A stretch of 64,000 nucleotides of DNA. Origin: Chrysemys picta bellii (Eukaryota). The stretch is taken from positions 23,622,001 to 23,686,000 of the forward strand of contig NC_088794.1 of NCBI RefSeq assembly GCF_011386835.1, in the 5' to 3' direction. A program made the translations under genes and the position numbers. Shown in pieces: positions 48,936-60,426 of this stretch (its first letter is position 1; each line of letters begins with the position of its first letter). Below the pieces are notes generated by a model that ran no database searches, was not told the DNA's origin, and was given only the letters and a program-made list of their open reading frames with translations.

Positions 48936-51183
48936 CAAGTATCAGATAATTAATTCACCGAGCTCTACCCAGCAGTGAAAAGCAGCCACCTCTGGAATGG
49001 ACCACGGCAGCTGTGTAAGACGTACACAATATGGGGAGGAAGCACCGAAGTGTCCTATATCCCATGACTCTATCCCACTGTAATCAGTTGTGCCTTTGAG
49101 CTAATTCATTACCAAATACAGGGTTTTTTAACCAGTTATGGGTAAATCCAACCCTGGAGCTCCTTGCCGAGAGGGTGGGCAAATAGATGTGCAAGCAACG
49201 ACAACAAAAATCATCTTTTCCACACAGTTGATTGATCCAATTCTTTTAAATATGCCCCAGAGACTGCTACTTTTATCATCTGCCTCCATTCCAGCCAAGA
49301 CTTGAGGGCCAGATCCGCAGCCCATGTAAAATCGGCGCATTTCCAACGCCGATCTGCACCAGCTGGGGCTCTGGCCCTGAGCACCTGCACTACATCATTG
49401 AATTATATGGGACCTACTAAAGAAAGAAAGCACAAACAATTGTAGCCGTTGTGAGAAGATCTCTCAAGCCACCAGCACACCTGCTGCAGGGCATAGGCCC
49501 ATCTGCTAGCCCTGGCTTACGCTCACGGTGTCGACCGTGAAATTGCACATCAGTAGGTATCTGATGCGGACATAAAAACTGTGCCAACTTTCCTTTACAG
49601 CCGGAGGTAGCTGCTGCCTCAGCCTGCTAGGAACACAGCAGAAGTGTCCATCATCTGTCTATGGAATATTTACATCTTCCTGCAAAGCATCCGCTACTAG
49701 ACGCTCTTGAAGGCCGGCTTCATGCAACAATAGGCTGACCTGGCCCAGCAGCTCATCATTCCTCTGTTCGGCCCTCCAGGAGGGAAGGGGAAATAAAAGC
49801 CAGGGGCAGGGAGAGGTTGTTAATTAATGAGAAGCCCAGAGCAATTCTCTCCAGCCGCTGGGCATTTGTTGGTGCTCGCTCGCTGCACAGCTGGGGCAGA
49901 GAGAGCCGGAGAGGATGGATTACGCTCAAGGCCAGGACATCATGTCATCTCTTGGTGCAAAAGGCAAATGAAGTGAGGTGATTGACTGGCAGGAACGTGG
50001 CGGATCCACCAAGCTCCAAGTGGGGTATAGATCAAGAAAGATGCAGGGAAAACAGGACCAAAACTGCACCCACCCACACCCTTCAAGCCTCCTGTCTCTC
50101 GGGGGCTCTCAGCACACGTGCGGATTGCTTTCCCTTCCAATGAGGACTGTCAATTTCCCCATCAGTCACCATGCACCAGTGCTTAGCCTGTGTTTTAATG
50201 TATGGAGACCGGCTTTTGCTATGGTGCAATCGATCATTAAGATCTAAGGTAATTGGATATTACAGCCGGCCTATTATTTGGTCGATAATGCTGTACACAC
50301 TCTGGCGCTCTCCCTTCCTTGGAAAAGACTCCGACTTCGCTTCTGCTTTGTGTTTGCCCTCAGACCCTTTTCCCATTTTCAAAATGCCTCCATTTTCTTT
50401 CTGGCTCATATTCCAGCATTTCAAGACAGCGGCTATTGGAGCTATATAAATATGGGAGATTAGACAGCTGCTCTCTGCCCGCTCCCACCCCACCCTTGAA
50501 AGAGCAGAGAGCTAAATGAGCTCTGGGGAACTGGTGCTGTTGTCCATTCCAGGTGGCCACAGAAATCCAGTTCCCTTCCTTCCCCCTTTCCATGGGGCGA
50601 TATGCAGAAATCCAGAGCCAGAGCTGTAGAGGTGAAGAATTCCTCAGCTCGCTCTTTAGAAGCAAGACGTGGACTGGATGTGCCCACCTGGAATGAGCTC
50701 TGGTTACAGCACTCGGGAAATGGATTTTTGTTTCTCTCTGGGTGCAGATGTTGGGAGGGGAAGGGGGTGCAATTGAACCCAAACCAGCCTGGGAGCCCAA
50801 CCTGAGAGGAGAAGCTGAGCTTGACAGACCCAAGACGCAAAGCAACTTTGTGTAGTGTTTCCTGAGCAATGCCACTTGAATGCAAAGCGAAGTACATTAA
50901 ACCAGGAGTACGATATGGAGTCAGTGAAGCTAAAAGATGGGACCCCAGCTGAGGTGTGAGGGCTGTAAGAATCACCCAAGTATCTAGAGCACACATTTTC
51001 CAATCAAGCATGAAGGGAGGTGGCACAACCCAGCGTCCTGAGCATAGGACTGACAGCCAGGAGCTCCCAAGATATCATCCCAGCTCCAACAACAAATCCT
51101 GCTGCTGCTGCCTTGGGAGGGTTGCTTCGTGTCATTTAGGTCGTCGGCTCTTTGGGGTAGGGGGCCATCTTTTTGTTAATCAA

Positions 51184-51838
51184 ATCATAGAATTGTAGGA
51201 CTGGAAGGCACCTCGATAGGTCATCTAGTCCAGTCTCCTGCACTCATGGCAGGGCTAAGTATTATTTAGACCATCCCTCATGTCCAACCTGCTCTTAAAA
51301 ACCTCCAGTGACAGATTCCACAACCTTCCTAGGTAATTTATTCCAGTGCTTAATTACCCTGACAGTCAGGAAGTGTTTCCTGATGTCCAATCTAAACCAC
51401 CCGTGCTGCAATTTACGCCCATTGCTTCTTGCCCTGTCCTCAGAGGTTAAGGAGAATAATTTCTCTCCCTCTTCTTTGTAACAACCTTTTATGTACTTGA
51501 AAATGGTTATGTCCCCTCTCCATCTTCTCTTCTACAGACTAAACAAACCCCATTGTTTCAATCTTCCCTCCTAGGTCATGTTTTCTAGACCTTTCATCAT
51601 TTTTGTTTCTGTTCTCTGGACTTTCTCCAATTTGTCCCCGTCCTTCCTGAAATGTGATGCCCAGAACTGGACACAATACTCCAGTTGAGGCCTAATCAGC
51701 AGAGAGTCGAGCAGAAGAATTACTTCTCATGTCTTGCTTACAACACCTAATACATCCCAGAACGATGTTCACTTTTTTTTTCTTTTTTTTTTGCAGGGTT
51801 ACACTGTTCATTCATATTTAGCTTGTGGACCACTATGA
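51184..51838 (-). mobile_element. CR1 LINE 3' fragment (~650 bp)
   Basis: atcatagaa tail. Clearly homologous to the 30332-32372 copy (cccagaactggacacaatactccagttgaggcctaa). Confidence 0.92.
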
Positions 51839-54800
51839 CTTGTTCTCTGTCCACACAGTACCTAGTACAATGGGTTCTGGGCCATGACAGAGGACCCTAG
51901 ATGCTTCCATTGTACAAATAATAGTAATTCCCCCTGCCTCGGAGACCCATAATCTCCCCCCAGGAAGAAGTTCTGAGTGCATAGAACCCTTCTTCAACAA
52001 CACAGAGCACAGAAGCCAAACAACACACACACAAATAATATTTAAAACCAAAACTCCCCTCCCATGATTTCCCCATTGAGGAGCAACGGGAGAGAGAGAG
52101 ACACACATGACAGATATTAGTCACTGCGCTTAATGCACGACTGGAGAGGGCTAGGCGGTGAAGAAGGCGGGAGGAGAACGTGAACAGAACACAATCAATA
52201 GGATGATTCACGGAACCTAGCGCAGGGAGGGGAGCCAGAGGGAGGGTTATCCCCGGGCAGGGGCGGTGGATGCTCCCAGCATCTCCCTGCCCCGAGTTCT
52301 CTATTATGTATTTGTATTGCCATAATCTTTGGAGCCCAGGGCACAACAGGGGTGGGAGGGAAAGCAGATCCCCTTCCCTGCTGACAGGACAGAGGGGCAA
52401 CTGGACCAAATTTGAGTGGTGCTGAAACCCCTGGTTGCCCCCCCCCCCAACCTTTGCAATCCTTCCAGTGCCCATAGGTGCAGGGCACTCCCAGCCCTTG
52501 GGGAGCAGCAGGCCAGGAACCCCCAGGTCCCAGGAGAATGGGAGGATTGGATCTGGGCTTTTAGTGCTTCCTGGGGAAGCAGAGACGTAGTTCCCAGAAC
52601 TGCCTGGCATCTGCTGGGGGTTTGCTCTGCAGCCTGACAGTCTCTTTGGGTAAGAGCTCAGGGTCAGGCGTGGGGCAAGGAGATCACGGAGCCAGATGCC
52701 CTGGGGGGGGGGGGAGAGGGAGGAAGAGCAGAGACAAGTGTGGGGCACCAGGAGGGGAGCAGGTGTGGAGCTAGATGCAGGGGGGAAAACGTGGGTCTGG
52801 GTGGAGAGACAGTGTGAGAAAGCTTTGTTAGGCATGGGGGAACAGCAGGGCAAGAGGTCAGTGTGAGAGTATTCTGCGCCCCTGCCTTAGGAACATACTG
52901 GTTGTGGCCCTGAAGGAGCCCCAGTCCTGGCTGAGAATCCCATTGTGCCAGGCGCTGTACAAACACTGCAAAAAAATGGCCCTTGCCCCCAAGAGACAAC
53001 AAGTGGGGACAGACAGACGGGGGGGGGGGAGCACAATGAGACAGGATTGTCCGGCAGGATCGGCCAGGGTCTCAGCACCCCCAATCAATGCCAAGATTTT
53101 TGTAAGTGGTGGGGCAAAGGGGAGTTTCAAGAAGGGGGGTGAAGGAAGATCTCTCTACTATGGAGAGGAGCTTTAATTCCAACCATAGAGCCCAGGGCAG
53201 CCACTGACTCCTCCCTGCCCACTCCTCCCCAGATTTCAGATTGCTTTGGTCTCCCGCCGGCGGATTCTTCTGCCACTGCAAACTCGGCCTTTCTGCTGCT
53301 GGGACCCTGGTGCTTGTGCTGACACGGGCCTGGTGCTGCAAAGTGCTTTGAAGATGAAATGCACCATGGAAGCGCTAAGGCCCGCTATGCAAGTGAGGGC
53401 CCATTTAAATGACTAACTGAGAAAGGGACAAGCCAGTCATAAAAATACCCTCCCACCACACCAGGCGGGGAAGCTGTATTAGAAAAGCCAGCCAGGTAAA
53501 AGGAACAGCTTCGAACAAAGGGATAAATTTCCCATGCGTCAAACCAATCCATATTTCATGAGTGCGCTGAAAGGAATCCCCATGAGACGGGATGGCAGAT
53601 CTATCAACCTTCCCGGCACTACTGGCTAGGATCGTTTTACGGCCAGTTCTAACATGCGCAGCTATTCGAGCTAAGCGGGGCCATCACGTCTCATGATTCA
53701 GGATGTATCTGCAGGGGGCAGGCAGCCATTTCTGGGCACCCCCATAATAATAGGCAAGGCACGTTCTGGACAAGGGACGGTCTTCTGCTGACACATCAGC
53801 TATCGCGCCTGGTATCAGATGTCTGGGCAAATCCTACAGGCCAGATTCTCAGTGCCGCCTGGTGTCTGCTGAAAGGAGTAGCCACAAAGGAACGGGCTGT
53901 GGCTTCTTCCTGATTCTGGAGCAGATGCTGTGCTGGCTCCAGCATAGATTAGAGCAGTCTCAGGGCTGCTTTAAACTATGCCCACTGGCTACGGCCCCTG
54001 TGGCCATTTCACCAGCCAGGGCCACTCCCGAGCCCCATATGAGGGGCTGCTAGGGAGAGGACGCAGAAGCTGTCAGCCCCATTGCACTGGCAGAGTGGCA
54101 CAAGGTGATGACACAGCAGAAATGGAACCAGTGTAGCCGGATGGCTCTGTTCCACAGAAGCAGGACACCTGGTCACCCAGCAGCGATGGAGGCGGTAGAC
54201 ACGTGGCCCATGTTCTGGAGCGGTGCGTCGCGCGGGCTGCCATCTGCTTTGTTTCCCTGCTAATCAGGCCCTTATTCTTCTTTGTCTGATTATGCGCCCC
54301 AGGATCTCAAGTGGCGGGGTGGGGAGGGGGGGAATATAAGGCTTCCCACAAAGGGAATGGGGGCTTTCCGGAGCCATGCAGGCTGATTGTGTTTGTCACC
54401 AACTGGTTGGGAGGAAGAAGGGGAAAACAAAAGCAAGACGAAAGTTGCAAGGGAACAGGTTGGGGGGGCTGCGTGCGGAGGCCGGCTTGCTGGAGCAGCC
54501 GGGGGGGGAGGAATGCAGCTGCAATTTGTTTTAATAATCCCAGTGAAGCGCAAGGAAATTAACAAGTGCGAAGAGAGCTGGAGATTAATCAGTTTTCCCT
54601 GTCCGATTTCCACCTTCCCATCTTAATGAAGGTTATTTATCCGCTAAGTGAGACCACATGGACTTGAATTACGTTATTTCTCCTCCCTCCCTTGTTCCCA
54701 GTGAGGCTAAACGTCTGGCTGGATTCTCTCTATACAGAATCTGAGAGGAGGCAGGGTGGGGGGTTTATTCAAATGCTGCCCCTGAACATGTTCAATGGAG

Positions 54801-55074
54801 GGGGCAGGCAGGCAGGCAGTTTGCTCCCGCGGTTTGCGCTTGCTGCGCGAGACCCGCCGAAAACAGCACGGACGCTCCTTTGCGGGCTCCTCCAGGCCCC
54901 GGCAGCAGAGTGAGATTGCAAGCCTGGAGAGAGAAAGGGTGGGGGGTGGGGCGATGGGCGAGGGGCTGCAGGCACGTGGGCACATCCAGAGGCCGGCAAT
55001 CAGTGGGAGGAGGGACTATGTACAGGAGTGGACCCTGCTACACCCTTTTATTAGCGCCGCTCTAGGGATTATTG

Positions 55075-55155
55075 TGGGGCAGGTCTCTGGCCTGGGCTAT
55101 GCAGGAGGTCAGACTAGATGGTCACAATGGTCCCTTTGGGCCTTGGAATCTATAC
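55075..55155 (+). mobile_element. Old CR1 3' end remnant
   Basis: tggcctgggctatgcaggaggtcagactagatggtcacaatggtccctttgggccttggaatcta. Confidence 0.55.
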
Positions 55156-55799
55156 ATTGGGGTGCACTCCTCCTCCCACCCTCATCATACCCCAGGGTCC
55201 CTAAGGCCCCTCCATGGGATCCCTAGCACCACTTACACCATTAGACTGCCCCACTTCCACACACCCACTCCTTGCAAGCTGGCAGCACAGGAACAGGGAT
55301 TGTACCTAGAAGCACCACCTTCCTGCGTACATGCAGGGCAAGACCATCTAGCCTGGAAGCGCTGCCAGTCAGAGCCCCTCCCTGCTGAAGCACCCACAGC
55401 AACTAGACTAGGGACACTGGCTTGGAGAGCTTCCAGCTACTCCCCTCCCAGCCTCGCCCAGAAGGACACTGCAGGGAACAGTGTGGGGGCACAGGCGCTG
55501 GTGAGCTCCCGGATATGCCAATCCCAGCCTTTGCCAGCAGGAGTCCCTCTAAAGGCAGAGGAAGGCGTTCACAGCTACTCCCTCAACGGGGTGCACCACG
55601 AACAGCCCAAGTATGAATCCATACAGGACAGCTGCTGGCCGCCCTGGAGAACGAAGCTGCTTTTGTCTCATGCAGTTTTTCCCGGTAGTGAAGTGGAGGG
55701 TGCTGGTTACAAGGAACCTTCTGTCACTCCATTCCGAACCCCTCCATGTATGATGAACCAGAGTGTGTCTACATCCTACCCAAAGCTCGGCCTCTGGCC

Positions 55800-56055
55800 C
55801 TATTACTTATTTGTGTTACAGCAGCACCAGCGGAGGTCAGGGCCCCTTCGCGCTAGGCGCTGTAAGTGCACATAGTGAGACACAGCCCTTTGAGAGTTTG
55901 CACTCCAAATAGACAAAGGTTGGGAGGGGAAACTGAGGCACAGAGCGGGGAAGTGGCTTGCCCAAGGTCACCAGCAGGCAAGTACCGAATCAGAGAGAGA
56001 AGGCAGGGCTCCTGGGTCTGTGGCCAGCGTCCTAGCCACCAGGCCATGTTGCATC
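55800..56055 (-). mobile_element. MIR/L2-tail SINE
   Basis: gctaggcgctgtaag..gagggggaaactgaggcacagagcggggaagtggcttgcccaaggtcac. Confidence 0.65.
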
Positions 56056-56961
56056 TCAGACTAGCCTTCTACCCCTGAACAAAATCTTCCAGCAAAAGTA
56101 TGTGCGCGCACCTCCATGAATGCAGACAGCCGGCAAATCCTCCATTAGCTGAATTATTTATTCCATACATTGTTAGCAATGCTAAAGATAGCAGCTCCCT
56201 CTAGGCTTCAATTAAAACATCAAGAGCGTCTATTTGTCTAACATGTTTTCCTAAGACACACGTTCTCCCCCCGCAAGAGCGTTCTGGACATCAAGGGATC
56301 TGTGCCCATTTCCAGTCCGGCTGACAGCCTGCCTGCTTGTCTCTGCACCTCATGGCAATGGCAACAGCAGGAATGTGAGCTATGTCAGAACAGCGGACAG
56401 CACCTCCTAAGCGGGGAGTTCTTCGAAACCACAGGCACTGTTGCAATTCAGGGCTGGGCGACATTCACAGTGGTGGACACCAGCGGAAAACAGAAATCGG
56501 TCTTGCCTTCCTGCCTTTTGCAGACAGCAGCAAATTACAGCTCAAATGGTAAAAATTAGAGGAGGAAAGCTACAACTTACACAAGAGAGCGAGGCCATCG
56601 CTTGGCCTTGATCCACGTCATGCAGCAAAAGGATAGTATCCGGGAAGGTTACACCTGGGCACAGGTACACAAGGGCAAGCACTGGGCATCATGGCCCCCC
56701 CGACAGTCCCAAACCCCATGCACATCTGCTCCCATAAAAGCACAAGTAGGAGGGGACTGTGTTATGTCTATTACAGTAGCACCGAGAGGCCCGAACTGAG
56801 ATCCGGGTCCCGTTGTGCCAGGTGCTGTCCATATCCACAATAAGACATTCCCTTTTCCGAACCACTTACAGTTGCAATACACAAAATGGAATCATTATCT
56901 CCCTTTTGCAGATAGACAACTGAAGCACAGAGACTAATGGCCGGAGAGACAAAGATATTTA

Positions 56962-57087
56962 GTATCAGAGGGGTAGCTGTGTTAGTCTGGATCTGTAAAA
57001 AGCAACAGAGTGTCCTGTGGCACCTTTAAGACTAACAGATGTATTGGAGCATAAGCTTTCGTGGGTGAATGCCCACTTTCGTCGGAT
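56962..57087 (-). mobile_element. Penelope-like terminal fragment with hammerhead-like motif
   Basis: Reverse of atccgacgaaagtgggcattcacccacgaaagcttatgc..gttagtcttaaaggtgccac..ctacccctctgatac. Confidence 0.85.
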
Positions 57088-58625
57088 TTAGGTGCCTAAA
57101 GACACAGATAGGCATCTAGTGGGATTTTACCAAAGTCCCAAAGCAGGTTAGGTGCCTAACTCCCATTGATTTCAATAGGAGCTAGGTGCCCCACTTGAAA
57201 ATCCAGGCATGGCCGTGTTGCAGGTCTCTTATTGCAGCGTAGACATCTGCTTAGTGACGTAGTGATGGTCACACTGCAAATCAGTAGAACAGCTGGGAGC
57301 AGAACCTAGGTCATCTTAGTACGAGTCTAGTGCCTGACCCACAAGATCTCTGGCTAAGGAGCCCCAGGCCGAGCGTGGCTCATCGTACCAACAAGGAGCT
57401 TAGTGTGTTCCCATCTGAGGCCTCACCCCTGCTGGACACAGAGGCCTGGCATATAGGCAGCAGTGCTCTCATTAAAGCAGGATCAGTGGCCCTTGCTCCC
57501 CATCTGGCCTTTTTAGCCCAGTGCTGCTATGGACCATGTCAGCCCTGCTTGCAAACAGCAGCACTCCCACCACTGCCTCTCCCCCTGTATCCCTGCCCCA
57601 TTTGCACGTACCAACAGCACCAGCCAGAGACCAGAGCACTGCTCCTGACACAAGGGATACAGTCTCACCGCAGCTGTTTCTGAAAGTGCTCTTCTCCCCA
57701 TCCCGCTTAGCTACTACCCATTAGTGAGAAGCAGCGCTGCAGGGGGCGTTGGAGCAGGACAGTCAGTGTTAAAATTGCCTTAGCCCGTGACTTCCTACAT
57801 TTTTCCCCAGTGTGGCGGAAGGGCACGCATGCAACCTGAACCCTCCGCTAAGGAGGTTTTCGGCATGGGAATTTCCTTGTTTGACAGCGTCACTGTTGGG
57901 ATTGGGAGAGTGTGGTGAGATGGCGGCATTTGAGGGTGTCAAGCAAGAAGACTTGAGGGAAGGAGGTGTTTTTGATAAGGGAGATGAGTACGGACGACAG
58001 TGAGAGCTGGCTGGAGGGGGAGCGTGCATTGGGGGAGTGACACTGAGCAAGCAACAGCTGAGACAGGGGACTGCGAGCTCTCTCATCCTACGAGATTTTC
58101 TTGCATACCAAACCACCAGGGCTGATCAAACCAGCATGCAGAAGAGGCTCCACATCTGTAAGTTGTTCTGCTGATGTACAGCTTTAATTAGTCCATGGCA
58201 TCTAATAAAGGGCACTTTATTTATTCATATAGAAACAAAATGACAAAACACACTCTGAACAGCAGCTAAAAACCGCTCATCAAATATTTAAAGTGCTGGC
58301 GGGAAGCGTAGAAATGGTGTTTGCTCCTGCAAGCTAGAGCTAGTGACAACGCAGAGGACAGGTGGGAGGCATTTAAGTAAAAGGCAAGACCGACTTACAA
58401 GTGAGGCAGCTCTGAATTAGCAGAGAGCTAGGAGAGCCCTGAGCTTATGAATGATGAACAATAGCAGGAAAGTCTCTCTCATCTGGGTTGGTATAGCACC
58501 TAGCACAGCAAGATCCAGGTCCACAACTCAGGTTCCGACCCACTATGGTAATACAAACACCCATGGCGGAGCTATGGGTCCCCGGACTAGCAGAACTGGG
58601 AGGGCTGCCAATCAGGAATGAAATG

Positions 58626-58809
58626 GAGATATCCTATCTCCTATTACTGGAAGGGACCTTGAAAGGTCATTGAGTCCAGCCCCCTGCCTTCACTAGCAGG
58701 ACCAAGTACTGATTTTGCCCCAGATTCCCAAGTGGCCCCCTCAAGGATTGAACTCACAACCCTGGGTTTAGCAGGCCAATGCTCAAACCACTGAGCTATC
58801 CCTTCCCCC
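58626..58809 (-). mobile_element. Tortoise-type tRNA-derived pol III SINE, full length
   Basis: Highly similar to the 19488-19669 copy. A/B-box-like head and CR1-like tail. Confidence 0.9.
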
Positions 58810-60057
58810 AATGCATCAGAAGAGCTCTTGGGCTCTGGGACAGCTGAGAGGTTTGTCTTTCATGAGCCAGGTGCATTAGCCAAGCGTGAGGGGACCTGGG
58901 ACTGGAATAGTGAAGGTGACAGGCAGGGGAGAGGGCTCAGAACTGGAACACGGGTGGAACTGTAGCTCATAAAGGAGGTGCACTGACAGAGCTGCGTGAA
59001 AACAGCCTGCACCGAGCTTGGCTGAATCTCCCATTCTGATAAGATCTAAAATGCACCCCAAATATTTCACAACAGCAACTGGAAACCAAGGACCCGGATC
59101 CTCCTGTGCATTTGGGCTGCTTCCTGCAGCGCCACTGGGGGAAAGCAGCTGCAAAGCCAACACAACCAGTTTGCAATGCTCGAGAGACCTCCCTGTGGTC
59201 TCGAGCTGGTGGAGCGGTTCCTGCCTCCCTACCCTCTCCTCGGGGGCTATTCAAGAGGCCTGGCCCTAGAAAACAGGGTGTGTTTCAGGTTTCCTTGTAC
59301 AGCGACAATCCCCAGTTGTCTGAATCACCACTAGGGGAAGTTGTATCAGGAAAGTAGCTTGGCTCGTAGCTGATCCAGGGAGTGCAAAGATGGCTCAGAT
59401 GAGGATCTAGATCAAACATCTGTAAGGGAAATTCCTTGGTGCTGTTACTAGATTAGCTTGCTAGGGCATCTCTCTTCCTTCCGAGTTTTCATAGCTGCAC
59501 CCATGCAAACCCCACACGCAGACAAAGTTGCCATTTGCACCTGTGCAATTTCTCCCCGTTCCTGGCACGGATGGGAAGGGGGCAAATTCCCAACACAGCT
59601 CAAGAATCGGCTGATAAAAGCTGGCTCCGGGAACCCCTCCCGTCTGGCTGAGAATTCTCAAATCACAGAACGTTGGAGGGTGGGAGAAGGGAAGGAATCC
59701 GGTTTTCTTGAAATGAGTTTGTTGTACTGTGTAATTGATTTTGTGTCTGTGTCACTTACCGGGCTGCCTGGCGACCATCTCAGAAAGGCACTTAAGCCAT
59801 TTAAAATAATCAAAGTACTTATAAGCCACTTAACATTTCCCAGCACTTCACACTTCCTACAAAATCCCCCGGCCAGCTGCTAAGCTTCAACACCCGGCCG
59901 TAACCAGGAAACACGCTGAAAAGAAAGGGGTCGAATGGACTCACAGGCCTTATCCTTTGACAGGTCATATTAGAGGAGAGGGTTATTTCATTTTTCATGT
60001 CCCTGTTTCCACTTGAATTCCTCTGTTCTTCAGGCTGTGGCTCTATTCTTCTTATTT

Positions 60058-60310
60058 ATTATTTGTATTGCAGAAGAGTCTAGGACTCCAGTCATGCACC
60101 AGGGCCCCTCTGTGCTAGGTGCAGTACAAACACACAGCTCTTGCTGCAAAAAGCTACCAATCTGAGACAACAGACCACAGATGGATACAGGGAGGCAAGG
60201 GAGTACAATGAGACAGTAGTGGGCAACATGCGAGGCAGTGGTCTCTACACACTAGCAGCCTAACCAAAGTCAAGCTTTCTGTAGGTGTTACGACAAAGGA
60301 GCATTTTAAC
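60058..60310 (-). mobile_element. L2-tail/MIR-like repeat hosting a Penelope-like insertion
   Basis: attatttgtattg..tgtgctaggtgcagtacaaacacac..gatggatacag. Homologous to 3358-3545. Confidence 0.6.
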
Positions 60311-60426
60311 AACAGAGGGTCCTGTGGCACCTTTAAGACTGTTAGTCTTAAAGGTGCCACAGGACCCTCTAAAAGAAGTTTGCTTTTTACAGATCCAGAC
60401 TAACACTGCTACCCCTCTGATACTTT
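60311..60426. mobile_element. Penelope-like terminal fragment with short inverted duplication
   Basis: Perfect 27-bp inverted repeat (60314-60340 / 60344-60370, 3-nt spacer). Ends ctacccctctgatac. 12-bp TSD gagcattttaac at 60299-60310 and 60427-60438. Confidence 0.8.

Noticed and set aside
51897-52853. 318-aa ORF on the - strand
   Set aside because: Pro/Ser-rich composition reflects GC-rich low-complexity and repeat DNA. No homology recognised.
55072-55875. 267-aa ORF on the + strand
   Set aside because: Starts in a CR1 3' UTR remnant and ends in a MIR-like repeat. No recognisable domain or splice context. Probably chance.
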